DNA from: a virus
DNA: 64,000 nt
Virus record (IMG/VR): IMGVR_UViG_3300031841_004047
Strand: one strand, 5' to 3'
The position numbers and the translations under genes were made by a program. The notes under the pieces were generated by a model. That model saw only the letters and a program-made list of their open reading frames with translations, did not search any database and was not told the origin of the DNA. Shown here one piece after another: positions 33,942 through 42,101 of the stretch. The stretch's first letter is position 1. The number at the start of each line of letters is the position of its first letter.

Positions 33942-34447
33942 CACTATTTTTTGTCTTAGTCATAGTATTCGCAGTATTAACAGCTTGTCAGCCTATCGAT
34001 AATGACCCATCTCTGAAGGCTCAAGAATACATTGGACTAGATGAAAATATAGATAGAAATAAGTTGAAAGAATTAGTGGGTGTTGACCCCGCTCGTACTG
34101 AGTGGTGCGCGGCGTTCATTAACGCTGTACTTGATATGCAGGATATACCGGGATCTGAATCAGTAAGTGACTATCCACTTATGGCTCGAAGCTTTTTAGG
34201 ATGGGGAGAAAAAGTTGAAGGCGAACCTCAAAAAGGTGATATAGTAATATTTCCAAGAGGGGATAGGGGATGGCAAGGTCATGTTGGATTTTTTATACGA
34301 GATACTGGTAAAGCCTGGGTAATACTTGGTGGAAATCAAGACAATACCGTAAATTATGCGCTGTATAATCCAAGTAAAGTTATAGATGTCAGAAGAAATA
34401 ACTACCAAAAAAACAGTTTACAAAAAGAAGAAAGTGTGATAGAATAG
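33920..34447 (+). CDS. TIGR02594-like NlpC/P60 (CHAP-like) peptidoglycan hydrolase, probable lipoprotein
   Basis: Hydrophobic N-terminus with lipobox VLTAC; WCAAF, GDIVIF, GHVGFF, LGGNQ. Confidence 0.82.
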   Translation: MRTKNAVTLFFVLVIVFAVLTACQPIDNDPSLKAQEYIGLDENIDRNKLKELVGVDPARTEWCAAFINAVLDMQDIPGSESVSDYPLMARSFLGWGEKVEGEPQKGDIVIFPRGDRGWQGHVGFFIRDTGKAWVILGGNQDNTVNYALYNPSKVIDVRRNNYQKNSLQKEESVIE

Positions 34448-34467
34448 TATCTATGAAAGGAAAAAAA

Positions 34468-34968
34468 ATGAGAATTATAGATGCGTTTATTGGTGCTGGA
34501 ACAACCATGTTTATTGCCCTAAGTGCTACAGTTGCTAGTGCTGAGCTTAAATCTGCTAGAGTATGGCACGTTGAGAAAATAAAAACTTTTAAGCAAGTTT
34601 ATCAATCTCAAACACAGTGTTCTATACAAAGAGTTCCTGTCTATGGTTACGTTACCACTCCTCCTAATAACGGAGACGTGTTGATTGGTGCTATAATCGG
34701 AGGACTTTTTGGTGGTACAGTATCCGGAAAAGATGAAGGTGCTGCGATCGGTGCTGTTCTTGGAGCGACAGTGGCCGGAAATCAGAATAAGACGAGCAGT
34801 AGAGTAACAGGCTATACTAATCAAGAAGTTTGTAACGAGGTTAGTGTTCCAGTAAATGTTGAAGAGAATCAAAATATAATTCATTGGAAAAGAGGCAATA
34901 GGCGTGGATACTTCTATACCTACAATGATTTTAAAGTTGGTGACCAAGTGTGGGTTGATGTTCCGTAG
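34468..34968 (+). CDS. Glycine-zipper 2TM secreted/membrane protein
   Basis: Signal peptide; GAIIGGLFGG...GAAIGAVLGA. Confidence 0.75.
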   Translation: MRIIDAFIGAGTTMFIALSATVASAELKSARVWHVEKIKTFKQVYQSQTQCSIQRVPVYGYVTTPPNNGDVLIGAIIGGLFGGTVSGKDEGAAIGAVLGATVAGNQNKTSSRVTGYTNQEVCNEVSVPVNVEENQNIIHWKRGNRRGYFYTYNDFKVGDQVWVDVP

Positions 34969-34977
34969 GAGATAAGA

Positions 34978-36129
34978 ATGCTATTAGATAATGAATTAAA
35001 GTTAGATTATAGTGATGTTTTAATTAGACCTAAAAGAAGTACACTTGGCTCACGTAAAGAAGTAGATCTTAATAGAAAATTTACTTATGTCAACTTAGGT
35101 GGCGCTAAAGATAGTGAATATGATTACGACGGTGTTCCTATCATGGCAGCTAATATGGATGGTGTTGGTACCATGGAAATGGCTGATGAATTAAGTGAGC
35201 GTTATAATATGTTTACTTGTCTCGTTAAGACATATAGCGCTGAAGAACTCATAGACTTTTTTAATCCAAGAGTTGACTTACGAACAGAATTTGTTGCCAT
35301 GAGTATTGGCATTACAAAAGCTGACAAAGAAAAGCTAGCTCAAGTTTATAACAAAACTCAAAGAAATCTGAAATATGTTTGCGTTGATGTGGCAAACGGA
35401 TACAGCGAACGTTTTGTACAATTTATTAAGTTTCTTAGAGAACATTATCCTTTCCTTGTAATTATTGCAGGTAATGTAGTTACTGCTGATCAAACACAGG
35501 AGTTAATATTAAATGGCGCTGATATTGTTAAAGTTGGTATTGGTCCTGGTAGCGTATGCACTACTAGGATACAGACTGGAGTGGGATATCCGCAACTTAG
35601 TGCGGTTATCGAATGTGCAGATGCAGCACATGGATTGGGTGGCCATATCATTGCTGATGGTGGTTGTACTTGTCCTGGTGATGTTGCTAAAGCCTTCGCT
35701 GCTGGCTCTGACTTTGTAATGCTAGGTGGTATGCTTGCCGGACACGATGAAGGTGGTGGTGAAATAATCACTAAGTACTATCAAAGCAATGAACTAAGAC
35801 CAGAGCGCGAAGCAATGTATGGAGAAATTCCTGAAAAACGCTGGTTTGAAGAAGTCATTGAAGAAAAGAAGTTCGTTCAATTTTATGGTATGAGCAGTAA
35901 AGCCGCTAATGACAAACATTTTGGTGGGCTAAAAGAATACCGTTCATCTGAAGGAAGAGATGTGTTGGTACCATATAGAGGAAAAGTTATAAATACTTTA
36001 AGAGATATCTTGGGTGGCATTCGTTCAACATGTACTTATGTCGGTGCAAGAAAATTAAAACAACTGAGTAAGTGTACTACCTTTGTGAGGTGTACTAACC
36101 AATATAATGGAGTGTATGCAAATAACTAG
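34978..36129 (+). CDS. guaC: GMP reductase
   Basis: [57 protein letters not shown]. Confidence 0.96.
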   Translation: MLLDNELKLDYSDVLIRPKRSTLGSRKEVDLNRKFTYVNLGGAKDSEYDYDGVPIMAANMDGVGTMEMADELSERYNMFTCLVKTYSAEELIDFFNPRVDLRTEFVAMSIGITKADKEKLAQVYNKTQRNLKYVCVDVANGYSERFVQFIKFLREHYPFLVIIAGNVVTADQTQELILNGADIVKVGIGPGSVCTTRIQTGVGYPQLSAVIECADAAHGLGGHIIADGGCTCPGDVAKAFAAGSDFVMLGGMLAGHDEGGGEIITKYYQSNELRPEREAMYGEIPEKRWFEEVIEEKKFVQFYGMSSKAANDKHFGGLKEYRSSEGRDVLVPYRGKVINTLRDILGGIRSTCTYVGARKLKQLSKCTTFVRCTNQYNGVYANN

Positions 36130-36137
36130 GATACGAT

Positions 36138-36437
36138 ATGTCGGAAATACCTTCTGGACCGCAAATAAAAAATATTCAGATGTTAGAGAGCAACGCTAAA
36201 AACGCTCCGTTCAATATGGGTAATTACCCAAATAGCGAAAACATATCTCCACCAGTTAAAAAGAAACCAGTACGAGTAGTTGAGCAATCAACCAGAACAG
36301 ATGTTAATTTAGATTCTCTTAGAGCTTGGCAGGAAAAACAAGATGCTATAAAGGCTATTCTTCTAAATCTTAGAATAAGAGCTTACCTGGATGAGCCTAA
36401 GATAGATCAAGGATCAGTTGTTGATATGGAGGTATAA
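36138..36437 (+). CDS. Hypothetical protein
   Basis: ORF with AGGA RBS. Confidence 0.65.
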   Translation: MSEIPSGPQIKNIQMLESNAKNAPFNMGNYPNSENISPPVKKKPVRVVEQSTRTDVNLDSLRAWQEKQDAIKAILLNLRIRAYLDEPKIDQGSVVDMEV

Positions 36438-36736
36438 TGCTTTCTAATTCTTTAGCGAAGGATTTACGAGAAATCGTAAGAAAACACAATTTAGACAAGA
36501 TTTGTAATAAACATGAGTATGAGGTCGTAAAACATATTATGGAATCAATTACTAATTATCAAAGAAAACATGTTAATCCTGGTAATTGGTGGGACCAAGT
36601 AAATAAAAACCCACCATCACCAGTCTATGAAAAAGGATATCCGTCATATGAAGCTGTCAACAGTGAACAACCAGTTCAAGAAAGGTATCATGAATTTATC
36701 TTACGTAAACTAAAGGAAGAAAAAGAAAATGAATAA
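36437..36736 (+). CDS. Hypothetical protein
   Basis: GGAGG RBS, TAATG coupling. Confidence 0.65.
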   Translation: MLSNSLAKDLREIVRKHNLDKICNKHEYEVVKHIMESITNYQRKHVNPGNWWDQVNKNPPSPVYEKGYPSYEAVNSEQPVQERYHEFILRKLKEEKENE

Positions 36737-36992
36737 TCAAATATTTGATTTTGGGTTTACGGCAGTTGATGAAAGTGAACTGGAGGCCGTACAAGCTCTA
36801 GGTGCAACTGCAAAAGAAGTTGAAACCAAAGCGGCGGATACTCAAAGTAAGATTGATGAACTATATAATGCTATAATGCCTCTGCTTAATAATCTTAAGC
36901 TCAATCCTGAGAAAGAATATATTCTTTGGCCGGATAGATTAGCTAAAGTCGAAGCATTTGAAGATTATCTTATGGAGATATACAAAAGATGA
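36729..36992 (+). CDS. Hypothetical protein (FDFGFTAVDE type)
   Basis: FDFGFTAVDE...LLNNL..NPEKEYI.WP.R pattern typical of T4-like phages. Confidence 0.7.
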   Translation: MNNQIFDFGFTAVDESELEAVQALGATAKEVETKAADTQSKIDELYNAIMPLLNNLKLNPEKEYILWPDRLAKVEAFEDYLMEIYKR

Positions 36993-37147
36993 TTGGTAAG
37001 GAGCGTTACTGTAAAAACTGCGGTCATAGATGTCACTGCTACGCTCCAGACTGTTCAGAATGTATCAATGATGTATGCATAAAATGCGTGTGCTCTTCTG
37101 AAAAATCTGTTACAAAAATATCACAGACAGAAAAAAAATTCAAATAG
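36989..37147 (+). CDS. Cys-rich small protein (52 aa), metallothionein-like
   Basis: Read manually: MIGKERYCKNCGHRCHCYAPDCSECINDVCIKCVC...; ATGA coupling, GGAG RBS. Confidence 0.6.
   Translation: MIGKERYCKNCGHRCHCYAPDCSECINDVCIKCVCSSEKSVTKISQTEKKFK
37108..37125. promoter_or_regulatory. 18-bp operator-like motif, copy 3
   Basis: TGTTACAAAAATATCACA. Confidence 0.5.
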
Positions 37148-37150
37148 TTG

Positions 37151-37190
37151 CATTTTTGGGGTTTACTTTCTCGATTACTTATGATAGAAA
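37151..37190 (+). promoter_or_regulatory. sigma70-like promoter with variant upstream element
   Basis: CATTTTTGGGG followed by TTTACT-17-TAGAAA, TG at -15. Confidence 0.6.
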
Positions 37191-37217
37191 GATATCATGA
37201 TAAGGAAAGGAAAGTAA

Positions 37218-37463
37218 ATGTTCACGTATAAAGGAAAAACATATGATACATCACACAATTCTATCGTCACTCGCCATGGAGGCCCTTTTGACCGCGGATC
37301 GGCTGATTCGTACTATAGTCGTGGGTTTACTCCTCACTTTTTTTGTGGTGCAACTGGCACGTCTACTCGTATAGAAGAAGTTGACATGTCACCTATGGAG
37401 CTGGAACAATACGCAGCCGGCTACGCTTATAATGAAGAAATGGGTTACAAGAAGGAGTGGTAA
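37218..37463 (+). CDS. Hypothetical protein
   Basis: RHGGPFDRGSADSYY motif common in phage small proteins. Confidence 0.75.
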   Translation: MFTYKGKTYDTSHNSIVTRHGGPFDRGSADSYYSRGFTPHFFCGATGTSTRIEEVDMSPMELEQYAAGYAYNEEMGYKKEW

Positions 37464-37465
37464 GA

Positions 37466-37735
37466 ATGACTGTTGCAACTACGTACGATGAACGTATAGC
37501 TCTAATCAAACGGATAGCTGAGCGTCGTAAGAAAATGGAAAAAATCAAGCTTGGGTCTAGGAAAGCTAGAAAAGTAATGTTGGAGGCTCGTAAAAATCGT
37601 AAGGATCCGTTGGAATACCTTAACGTTAAAGAAGGTGAAAATCCAAACCATTGGACTGATGGGTCTAAATACGCCAAAGAATACTATGGTGAAACGTTGT
37701 TTGAAACAACAAGGTATGATAACGAATGGGATTGA
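37466..37735 (+). CDS. Basic hypothetical protein
   Basis: AGGAG RBS. Confidence 0.7.
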   Translation: MTVATTYDERIALIKRIAERRKKMEKIKLGSRKARKVMLEARKNRKDPLEYLNVKEGENPNHWTDGSKYAKEYYGETLFETTRYDNEWD

Positions 37736-37743
37736 GTCTTATG

Positions 37744-37933
37744 ACTCTTTTCCTCATACGTCCGTGCGGAGGGCAGGCCACCTGAAAACACGATCTCTGG
37801 TGAATATATTCGCCCGTGAAATATCGGTGACGTGAAACCCAGAGATGTTAGTTTCAATCAAACTAGAGCGGCAACGTCAATAAGACCGTGCGGGGAGATT
37901 GGAGATACTAGCTGGGCGTATGAGGAAAGGAGT
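37744..37933 (+). ncRNA. Candidate 190-nt structured RNA closed by a 20-bp stem
   Basis: 37744-37763 pairs with 37914-37933 (18 Watson-Crick + 2 G-U); internal stems. Confidence 0.6.
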
Positions 37934-37939
37934 TTAGAA

Positions 37940-38140
37940 ATGACTTGGACAGTTACAACACAATTCAGCACTATGTGCCAAGCAGTCGAGAGTGAATTGC
38001 CTGAGTGGTGTGCTGTTGTCTGCGAGACTGAAAAAGAAGCCAGGGAATGGTTTCAAGTTCATGTCAGGGGAAGGCATAGCAAAGCTAGAGTTGTTACCTT
38101 GACAAAAGAAAAAGAAGTAGTGGAGACTAGGTTTTTATGA
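37940..38140 (+). CDS. Hypothetical protein (MTWTVTTQ...)
   Basis: AGGAG RBS lies inside the 3' strand of the 20-bp stem. Confidence 0.55.
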   Translation: MTWTVTTQFSTMCQAVESELPEWCAVVCETEKEAREWFQVHVRGRHSKARVVTLTKEKEVVETRFL

Positions 38141-38145
38141 GGATT

Positions 38146-38219
38146 GCGGATGAAGTGTTACGGTAGCACGTCGGTCTCCAAAACCGAAAGACAGGGTTCA
38201 ATTCCCTGCATCTGCGCCA
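38146..38219 (+). tRNA. tRNA-Trp (CCA)
   Basis: GCGGATG/CATCTGC, TCGGT-CTCCAAA-ACCGA, CAGGG-TTCAATT-CCCTG, CCA end; A at position 8. Confidence 0.9.
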
Positions 38220-38277
38220 ATTTTCGCGAAACGGTAGCGGGGACCGTCTGCATGCCCGACAAAACATGAGGAAAAGA

Positions 38278-38643
38278 ATGATGGACAAATATTTGGACAA
38301 ATATTATACAGACGAAGAATTAGACGAAATGTTAGAGCACTATGAGAGCCTGATGAATAATAGACCGGAACGGGTTTATTGCCACGCAGAGTATTATGGG
38401 CAACGCGAATTTGAATGGACGAAGGGTACTTGGCATATCTACTCTAATCTTTATAATTCTAACACTGTTGAATACGTCCGCGCTGACCTCTTTGAAGAAT
38501 TGGAAGAGAAGCTGGAGAAGGTGAAAGAGAGCTTAAAAGAAATACTGTCGACCTCGGATAGACAATTAGAACATATGTCTGCTCAAGGTGTTCTAAAAGT
38601 ATATGTAAAAGACATAATCAGAGAACTAACTGAGGAAGAATGA
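38278..38643 (+). CDS. Hypothetical protein
   Basis: GAGG RBS; ...EYVRADL..ELE motif. Confidence 0.7.
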   Translation: MMDKYLDKYYTDEELDEMLEHYESLMNNRPERVYCHAEYYGQREFEWTKGTWHIYSNLYNSNTVEYVRADLFEELEEKLEKVKESLKEILSTSDRQLEHMSAQGVLKVYVKDIIRELTEEE

Positions 38644-38978
38644 TGAGTAAGTTTACAAAAGAACAGTTGATATTTTTACAGGAAGTCATCGAATTAGGTA
38701 AGGACGAAGAGGGGCTTCCATATATTTCAAATGTCAGAGGTAATGTCGGCGGTGATGTCTTTGGCAAGATCGGCGGTAGTGTCTTTGGCAAGATCGGCGG
38801 TAGTGTCTGGGATAATATCGAAGGTAATGTCGGCGGTGATATCGAAGGTAATGTCTGGGGTGATGTCTGCGGTTATGTCAGCGGTACTGTCCATGCTCGA
38901 GTGTTAGGGGCACCGTCTTTGGCAAGATCGGGCCGGAACTCTAAGGTGAAACAGGAGAAGAATGATGCGGGACTATGA
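38640..38978 (+). CDS. 4-residue-repeat (G-x-V/I-x) beta-helix-like protein, probably frameshifted near its 3' end
   Basis: 13 tandem 12-nt units; two more units continue out of frame after a G4 run. Confidence 0.65.
   Translation: MMSKFTKEQLIFLQEVIELGKDEEGLPYISNVRGNVGGDVFGKIGGSVFGKIGGSVWDNIEGNVGGDIEGNVWGDVCGYVSGTVHARVLGAPSLARSGRNSKVKQEKNDAGL
38739..38932 (+). repeat. 12-nt coding tandem repeat
   Basis: GGTAATGTCGGC / GGTGATGTCTTT / GGCAAGATCGGC / GGTAGTGTCTTT... Confidence 0.9.
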
Positions 38979-39090
38979 AAATCTAAAACGTGAGGTGAGG
39001 GCCAGAGTACGGCGTGAAATTTACACACACATTATAATTATACTGCTAGTTCTCGGTCCTCTGATATTTTTAGGTTATTTTGATGTCTAA
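38962..39090 (+). CDS. Small membrane protein (42 aa)
   Basis: Read manually; AGGAGAAGA RBS; C-terminal hydrophobic helix. Confidence 0.6.
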   Translation: MMRDYENLKREVRARVRREIYTHIIIILLVLGPLIFLGYFDV

Positions 39091-39099
39091 AGGAGAAGA

Positions 39100-39429
39100 A
39101 TGATGAGCGACTATAAACCTGACAACTGGGTCATTATCAAAATCAAAGGAGATAATCCACATTATCGTGTTCTTGCTGGTTGGTCAGGTGGTTATACAAC
39201 TGGCAGTTCTTGGAAAATGAATAGTGGTATTATAAAGGTAAATGAAACTGACGATTACTACTATTTCAAAGGCTCTAGCGGTTCTGATTATCGGTGTAAT
39301 AAAGAGTCCTATATGCTGAGAATGAACAATGCGCACATTTGGACACAACTGCAAGAACTGCATGGTGATAAAGTAGAGTTGATGCCAGAAGATACTGACT
39401 GGATGAATATGGATTGGATTATAAAATGA
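39100..39429 (+). CDS. Conserved phage hypothetical protein
   Basis: YKPDNWVII...YRVLAGWSGGY...SWKMNSGI. Confidence 0.75.
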   Translation: MMSDYKPDNWVIIKIKGDNPHYRVLAGWSGGYTTGSSWKMNSGIIKVNETDDYYYFKGSSGSDYRCNKESYMLRMNNAHIWTQLQELHGDKVELMPEDTDWMNMDWIIK

Positions 39430-39659
39430 AAGTCTATGTCAAAACATCGAGCTTTGAATCCTCAGACTTCAACCCCTATGGAAGATTTGTTCACTATACT
39501 ATAACTGACAACGACCTTTACTTCGCAAATAGGCTTACACAGTGGATGATTGATAAAAGTGGCATTGATGCACAAGTTGGGTATTTACATTTCAGCTCAA
39601 CTAGCTTACATTGCTTTGAGAATGATCGCTGGGCACTTGGCCAGCTAATAGGAGAATAA
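39426..39659 (+). CDS. Hypothetical protein
   Basis: ATGA coupling. Confidence 0.55.
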   Translation: MKVYVKTSSFESSDFNPYGRFVHYTITDNDLYFANRLTQWMIDKSGIDAQVGYLHFSSTSLHCFENDRWALGQLIGE

Positions 39660-39660
39660 T

Positions 39661-40152
39661 ATGTCGAAAATGAACCCAGCTCTTCGAAAATCCGGTAATA
39701 ATGAAATTTATACCCCAGAGTGGTGCGCAAAGGATATGATCAATTATTTCAATCCCTCTGGCAAGATTTTAGAACCATGTAGGGGCGGTGGGGTTTTTAC
39801 CGATCTTCTCCCTACTGCTGATTGGTGTGAAATTAACGAAGGTAAAGATTTTTTTGATTATGAGAACAACGTAGACTGGATTATTAGTAACCCGCCATAT
39901 TCATTAATCCGATTATTCGTTTTACATTCTTTTAAAATCAGTGATAATATAGTATACCTGATCCCCACCTGGAAGGCTTTTAATGCCTACGGTTTGGTGA
40001 AAGAAACTAATAGATATGGTGGAATTAAAGAAATGCGCCATTATGGCACTGGATCTAAATTAGGGTTTCCAATGGGTAACGGTATCAGTGCTATATACTG
40101 GAAACGAAATTATTCCGGCCCGACATATACGTCATTTTACGAGGAAGAATGA
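39661..40152 (+). CDS. Small amino (N6-adenine-type) DNA methyltransferase
   Basis: EIYTP, ILEPCRGGG (motif I), DFF, ISNPPYS (motif IV). Confidence 0.8.
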   Translation: MSKMNPALRKSGNNEIYTPEWCAKDMINYFNPSGKILEPCRGGGVFTDLLPTADWCEINEGKDFFDYENNVDWIISNPPYSLIRLFVLHSFKISDNIVYLIPTWKAFNAYGLVKETNRYGGIKEMRHYGTGSKLGFPMGNGISAIYWKRNYSGPTYTSFYEEE

Positions 40153-40246
40153 TATGTCATGCTGGACCGTTTGACAGCACCCATGAGGCTGTTGAGTGGG
40201 CACTTGATGCTGGATATGAAGGGTTCGAAATATTGGAGAATGAATA

Positions 40247-40624
40247 ATGACAAGATTATTAAAGAATATAGAAGCAAAGATGACTAATAGGAGAGATTAT
40301 ATTCCTAGTCCTTTAGAGTATATACGTTTTGATGATGAACCTATCGAGGTGTTTAGCGACATTGGTAGAGAATTAAGAGTTGAAATGCGAATAGGTAGTT
40401 CTCAAATTATTCCTGAAAAGTATATTAATACTGCTACTGGTGATATGATGATTGAAGAGAGTAAGGAAATAATTGGTCGTGCTATTAGTGAACATGTGTA
40501 TGGTGAGTTAAGAGAAAGATTATATGAACTTTCTATTGAGTTACGAAGAAGTGGTTCTTATAATAAAAGACCAAATGAGATAGTTGAAGAATTAATTGAG
40601 ATGATAACTTATAGAAGGAATTAA
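40247..40624 (+). CDS. Hypothetical protein
   Basis: ORF in operon context. Confidence 0.65.
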   Translation: MTRLLKNIEAKMTNRRDYIPSPLEYIRFDDEPIEVFSDIGRELRVEMRIGSSQIIPEKYINTATGDMMIEESKEIIGRAISEHVYGELRERLYELSIELRRSGSYNKRPNEIVEELIEMITYRRN

Positions 40625-40661
40625 AAAATGAAATATCAAATCGATGACGATAAGGAGAAGA

Positions 40662-40922
40662 ATGATGAATAAAGAAATACGTAATAGGATTCGTCTTTCG
40701 GTAGCAGCTTATGCTTATGAGTTTAAAGACGATCCTATCATGTCTGATGATGAGTTTGACACCTTATCAAAGTCGATTGATACCTCAGTATCAACCGGCC
40801 ACAAAAAACTAGATAAGTTCTTCAGAGAACATTTTGAACCGGATACTGGTATGTGGATCAGAAAACATCCTGATCTGCATGGTATTCAATACATCTATGA
40901 GAGAGTATGGAAAAATGTCTAA
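40662..40922 (+). CDS. Stand-alone domain resembling domain Ia of NAD-dependent DNA ligase
   Basis: AAYAYEF..DPIMSDDEFD motif. Confidence 0.6.
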   Translation: MMNKEIRNRIRLSVAAYAYEFKDDPIMSDDEFDTLSKSIDTSVSTGHKKLDKFFREHFEPDTGMWIRKHPDLHGIQYIYERVWKNV

Positions 40923-41112
40923 GGGTTCTAAAGTATGGAAGTCTGAAACAATAAAAACACGTAAGCACTGGGCGGTGGGTACTGTTTGGAACGTAAGATC
41001 ATCCAACGGAAAAGATGTATATGACATTGAGATGCTGGACAGTGGATTCACTTGTGACTGTCCAGCGTTTCGTAAATGTAAGCATATAAAACAAGTGGAG
41101 GCAAATTTTTAA
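40915..41112 (+). CDS. SWIM zinc-finger protein
   Basis: FTCDCPAFRKCKHI. Confidence 0.75.
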   Translation: MSKGSKVWKSETIKTRKHWAVGTVWNVRSSNGKDVYDIEMLDSGFTCDCPAFRKCKHIKQVEANF

Positions 41113-41119
41113 AAAACTG

Positions 41120-41148
41120 TTTACTTATTACTCATTTTATGATAGAAT
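41120..41148 (+). promoter_or_regulatory. sigma70-like promoter
   Basis: TTTACT-17-TAGAAT with TG. Confidence 0.7.
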
Positions 41149-41180
41149 AATGACTAATAATAAAGTGAAAAGGTTTTGAT

Positions 41181-41513
41181 ATGACTATGCATCTTGTACG
41201 TGGTATGTCTACCACAAGCACTAAGAAAAGAAAAATGAACAGGAAACCAGGCTGGAAAGCGGCAGTTTCTGAGCATGAAGAATTTCTAAAAAGAATGGGT
41301 GTCAAAGGTAAATCTAATTACAGGTCAGAACTTCCAGATCTTTCAACTGGTCCAAGAGTAACAAGTGATAAGATCCCAGGAAACGGTTGCAGAAAACAAT
41401 CAAATAAATACTCAGGTGAAGAGATTATGGGTATCGTAACAACCCATAAATCTAACATTATGCCAGTATCTAACAAAAGAGATGCAGTAGCAGCATCACA
41501 AATGAGGAGATGA
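41181..41513 (+). CDS. Basic hypothetical protein
   Basis: MTMHLVRG...IMGIVTTHKSNIMPV type common in T4-like phages. Confidence 0.7.
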   Translation: MTMHLVRGMSTTSTKKRKMNRKPGWKAAVSEHEEFLKRMGVKGKSNYRSELPDLSTGPRVTSDKIPGNGCRKQSNKYSGEEIMGIVTTHKSNIMPVSNKRDAVAASQMRR

Positions 41514-41746
41514 TGTTTTCAGTAGAAACCGAGTTTGATTATACTATTATTACAATATTAGATAATAAAAATAAGTATGAGGATGTTCAGTACATATTGA
41601 GCGATGATAAAGTCTATATTAGACAGTTTAATGAAGAACATGACGCTTTTGAAGTTATCGAAATGTCAGCTGCGATGTTCAATGAGATGGGATTAGCCAT
41701 GAAAAAAACTGATGGTGTATACCTTACGGAGTATGTAAATAAATGA
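41510..41746 (+). CDS. Acidic hypothetical protein
   Basis: GAGGAG RBS. Confidence 0.7.
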   Translation: MMFSVETEFDYTIITILDNKNKYEDVQYILSDDKVYIRQFNEEHDAFEVIEMSAAMFNEMGLAMKKTDGVYLTEYVNK

Positions 41747-42081
41747 CTGGAATGTTTTATGATTTGGAGGACTACAGAGAAATGAAGATTGTTGATACAG
41801 CTATAATTCCTTTTAAAAGAGAAGAAGTAATAGCATTACTGGAAAAATATACAGCCTTAGTTAAATTCAAAAAAGTTAACGGGGATATGAGAGAAATGAA
41901 TTGTACCCTTATCAAGGATATAATTCCTCCGGCTACTAAAACCGATGAGCTTTCCCAAAAGAAAATTAGAAACTTAAATGAAGAAGTTCTTGCGGTATGG
42001 GATATCGAAAAGGAAGGTTGGCGTTCATTTAGAATAGAAAATGTTGTTTCTATTGAGTATCAAATGGAAGAAATATTATAA
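41743..42081 (+). CDS. WYL/SH3-like (DUF2693-type) protein
   Basis: VKFKKVNGDMREMNCTL...AVWDIEKEGWRSFR. Confidence 0.7.
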   Translation: MTGMFYDLEDYREMKIVDTAIIPFKREEVIALLEKYTALVKFKKVNGDMREMNCTLIKDIIPPATKTDELSQKKIRNLNEEVLAVWDIEKEGWRSFRIENVVSIEYQMEEIL

Positions 42082-42084
42082 ATA
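42077..42084 (+). promoter_or_regulatory. T4-type late promoter
   Basis: TATAAATA. Confidence 0.75.
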
Positions 42085-42101
42085 GCATTAAAGGAGTTTT
42101 C

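Noticed and set aside
37920-37932. RNase P RNA (GAGGAAAG)
   Set aside because: Followed by GAG rather than TCC, and the other universally conserved P4 strand is absent
32301-38219. Suppressor tRNAs or a recoded genetic code
   Set aside because: Anticodons are CAT, TCT, GTT, TGA, GTG, TGG and CCA; all three stops end conserved genes normally
38739-38932. CRISPR or non-coding repeat
   Set aside because: 12-nt in-frame coding units with no unique spacers
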